Positions 62,430 to 64,000 of a DNA stretch of 64,000 bases are shown here, piece after piece. Both the position numbers and the translations under genes were made by a program. Position 1 is the first letter of the stretch, and the number at the start of each line of letters is the position of its first letter. The DNA comes from Octopus sinensis (Eukaryota), in contig NC_043002.1 in the NCBI RefSeq assembly GCF_006345805.1, positions 32,178,001-32,242,000 of the forward strand, in the 5' to 3' direction. Below the pieces are notes generated by a model. That model did not search any database. It worked only from the letters and a program-made list of their open reading frames with translations, and had not been told where the DNA came from.

Positions 62430-63135
62430 TGTAAACTCGTGCATGGAAAATACCCTTACCGCCTCTCCAAGCTAGATATTGCTCAAAATGTAACACATCA
62501 ATGGCTACAAGGGAAAAGTTTGAAAGGGGAAACAGAGCTCACCTACAAGGAACTATCATGCAAAGATCCTTAAAGATGCATCTGACTCCTCGTGCAGAAT
62601 TTGCGAAAAATTCAGAGAGAATAGAACTCGTTGTTTATGGCTACCCAGTCCTCGCTGAAAAGGAGTACTTCATAAGACACGACAGACCAGGGCAGTACAT
62701 CCACTGGAATGTTTGTAAATACTATAAAATTACACCTCATGAAAGTGGTACAGGCACCATTCAGAAGATGTAGTAAATAGTGAGGGCGTCACTATCCTTT
62801 GGAATTTCCCAATACAAACAGACAGAAAAATTGATTCCGATAGATCAGGCATTGTGATCAAGGACTACATCAAAGAAACTTGTCTGTTAATAGATATGTC
62901 TGTCCCACAAGATCAAAATATCCCAAGAAAGGAATACAAAATCTTTTTCACTAAAAAGATCTGCAAATTGAAATCACAAAAATGTGGAAGCTTAGTACTA
63001 CGATAATACCAGCAGTAATTGATGTGTTGGGAATGATAAAGAAGGGAGCTGAGAAGTATATTAATTAACTCCCTGGGAATTCTAATAAACTTGATGAGTA
63101 CAGCCCATATACTACGGAAAACGCTCTCCATCTAA
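62430..63135 (+). mobile_element. Degenerate R4/Dong RLE fragment
   Basis: GYPVLAEKEYFIRHDRPGQYIHW...TILWNFPIQTDRKI...LIDMSVPQD... with stops and frameshifts. Confidence 0.75.
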
Positions 63136-63274
63136 AATGGAATAAATGCGGTGATAATTTTACCATGCATAGCAAAACAAAAGTGCCCTTGCTACTCTTG
63201 GCCTCCGTAGGATGCTCGTACTAAGGCATCTGAAATAAAGTTATAATGAAAGGAAACCATAAATGATGATGATG

Positions 63275-63341
<67 letters not shown>

Positions 63342-63360
63342 TGATGATAATAATAATAAT

Positions 63361-63426
<66 letters not shown>

Positions 63427-63427
63427 G

Positions 63428-64000
63428 AATGACTGGATGCTAAAGCTCGTGGAAAATCACGAGAGACGAAAGAAGCTTCATTCTATCATAAAGGAAAGCA
63501 AAAAATTTGCTATTGATCTCGTGCAGGATACCCAAACTGAACAACCCGAGGGAAGTACGGCAACTATTGTTGCAAAGAAGGTGAAAATAATGGCAACGAA
63601 AAAAGCGCACGAGCAATGGCTGATAGGTGGGAGGAGAAACCTCTGCACGGCAAATATGTGGCCCGTAGCAAACAAGCTGATGTTGACCAGAAGCAAACCC
63701 ATCAGTGGCTACGGAGCTCAGGGCTAAAAGCAGAGAGCGAAGGTTTCATCCTGGCTGCTGAAGATCAAAGCCTATTAACCCGGAACTACCAGGCCAATGT
63801 GATGAAAAATGGAGCAGACCCAAAATGCCGATTCTGCAACGACATGATTTAAACAGTGGACCACCTAATCTCTGGATGTTAAGTCTTAGCACCAGTGGAG
63901 TATAAATTAAGACATGACAGAGTTGGCCAATATCTACACTGGCTAATAAGTCGGCATTGCAATATCAAAACTGCCGACAAGTGGTATAATCACCACCCTG
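63428..64000 (+). mobile_element. R4/Dong-clade RLE LINE, 5'-truncated in (TAA)n, continuing past the window
   Basis: WEEKPLHGKYV...WLRSSGLKAESEGFILAAEDQSL...CRFCNDM. About 5 differences in ~268 nt from the 49555 copy. Confidence 0.9.

Noticed and set aside
54076-64000. Search for upstream exons of the hydrolase (SxxK motif, signal peptide)
   Set aside because: No minus-strand segment with suitable motifs and a phase-2 donor was found. These exons probably lie beyond the window, though a short exon could have been missed by eye.

Overview
AT-rich, microsatellite-saturated animal genomic DNA. The repeat families and simple-repeat density suggest a coleoid cephalopod, probably Octopus (inference). 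There is a 100-N scaffold gap at 14786-14885. Almost all ORFs in the supplied track are translations of microsatellites or transposon debris. One real protein-coding gene is supported: three minus-strand exons (54075-53818, 48757-48498, 44631-43793) with canonical GT/AG sites and matching phases. They splice into the C-terminal ~451 aa of a beta-lactamase-fold / peptidase S12-like serine hydrolase with YxN and HxG motifs, a DUF3471-like domain and a hydrophobic GPI-like tail. Its 5' exons (SxxK motif, signal peptide) were not found in the window. The rest is a transposon landscape: several tRNA-derived SINE families, R4/Dong-clade RLE LINE fragments in (TAA)n tracts, a ~530-bp non-coding element confined to (TAA)n tracts, L1/Tx1 and CR1-like fragments, Tc1/mariner remnants, and Helitron/Helentron-type elements. 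The most striking observation is at 9765-11122: a ~360-bp unit in a head-to-head tandem array between (TA)n tracts. Each unit carries a type I hammerhead ribozyme fold with a compensatory U3-A8 core pair, so it is a candidate retrozyme that could make a ~360-nt circular RNA. Further hammerhead-like motifs occur elsewhere, one with a G3-C8 pair.
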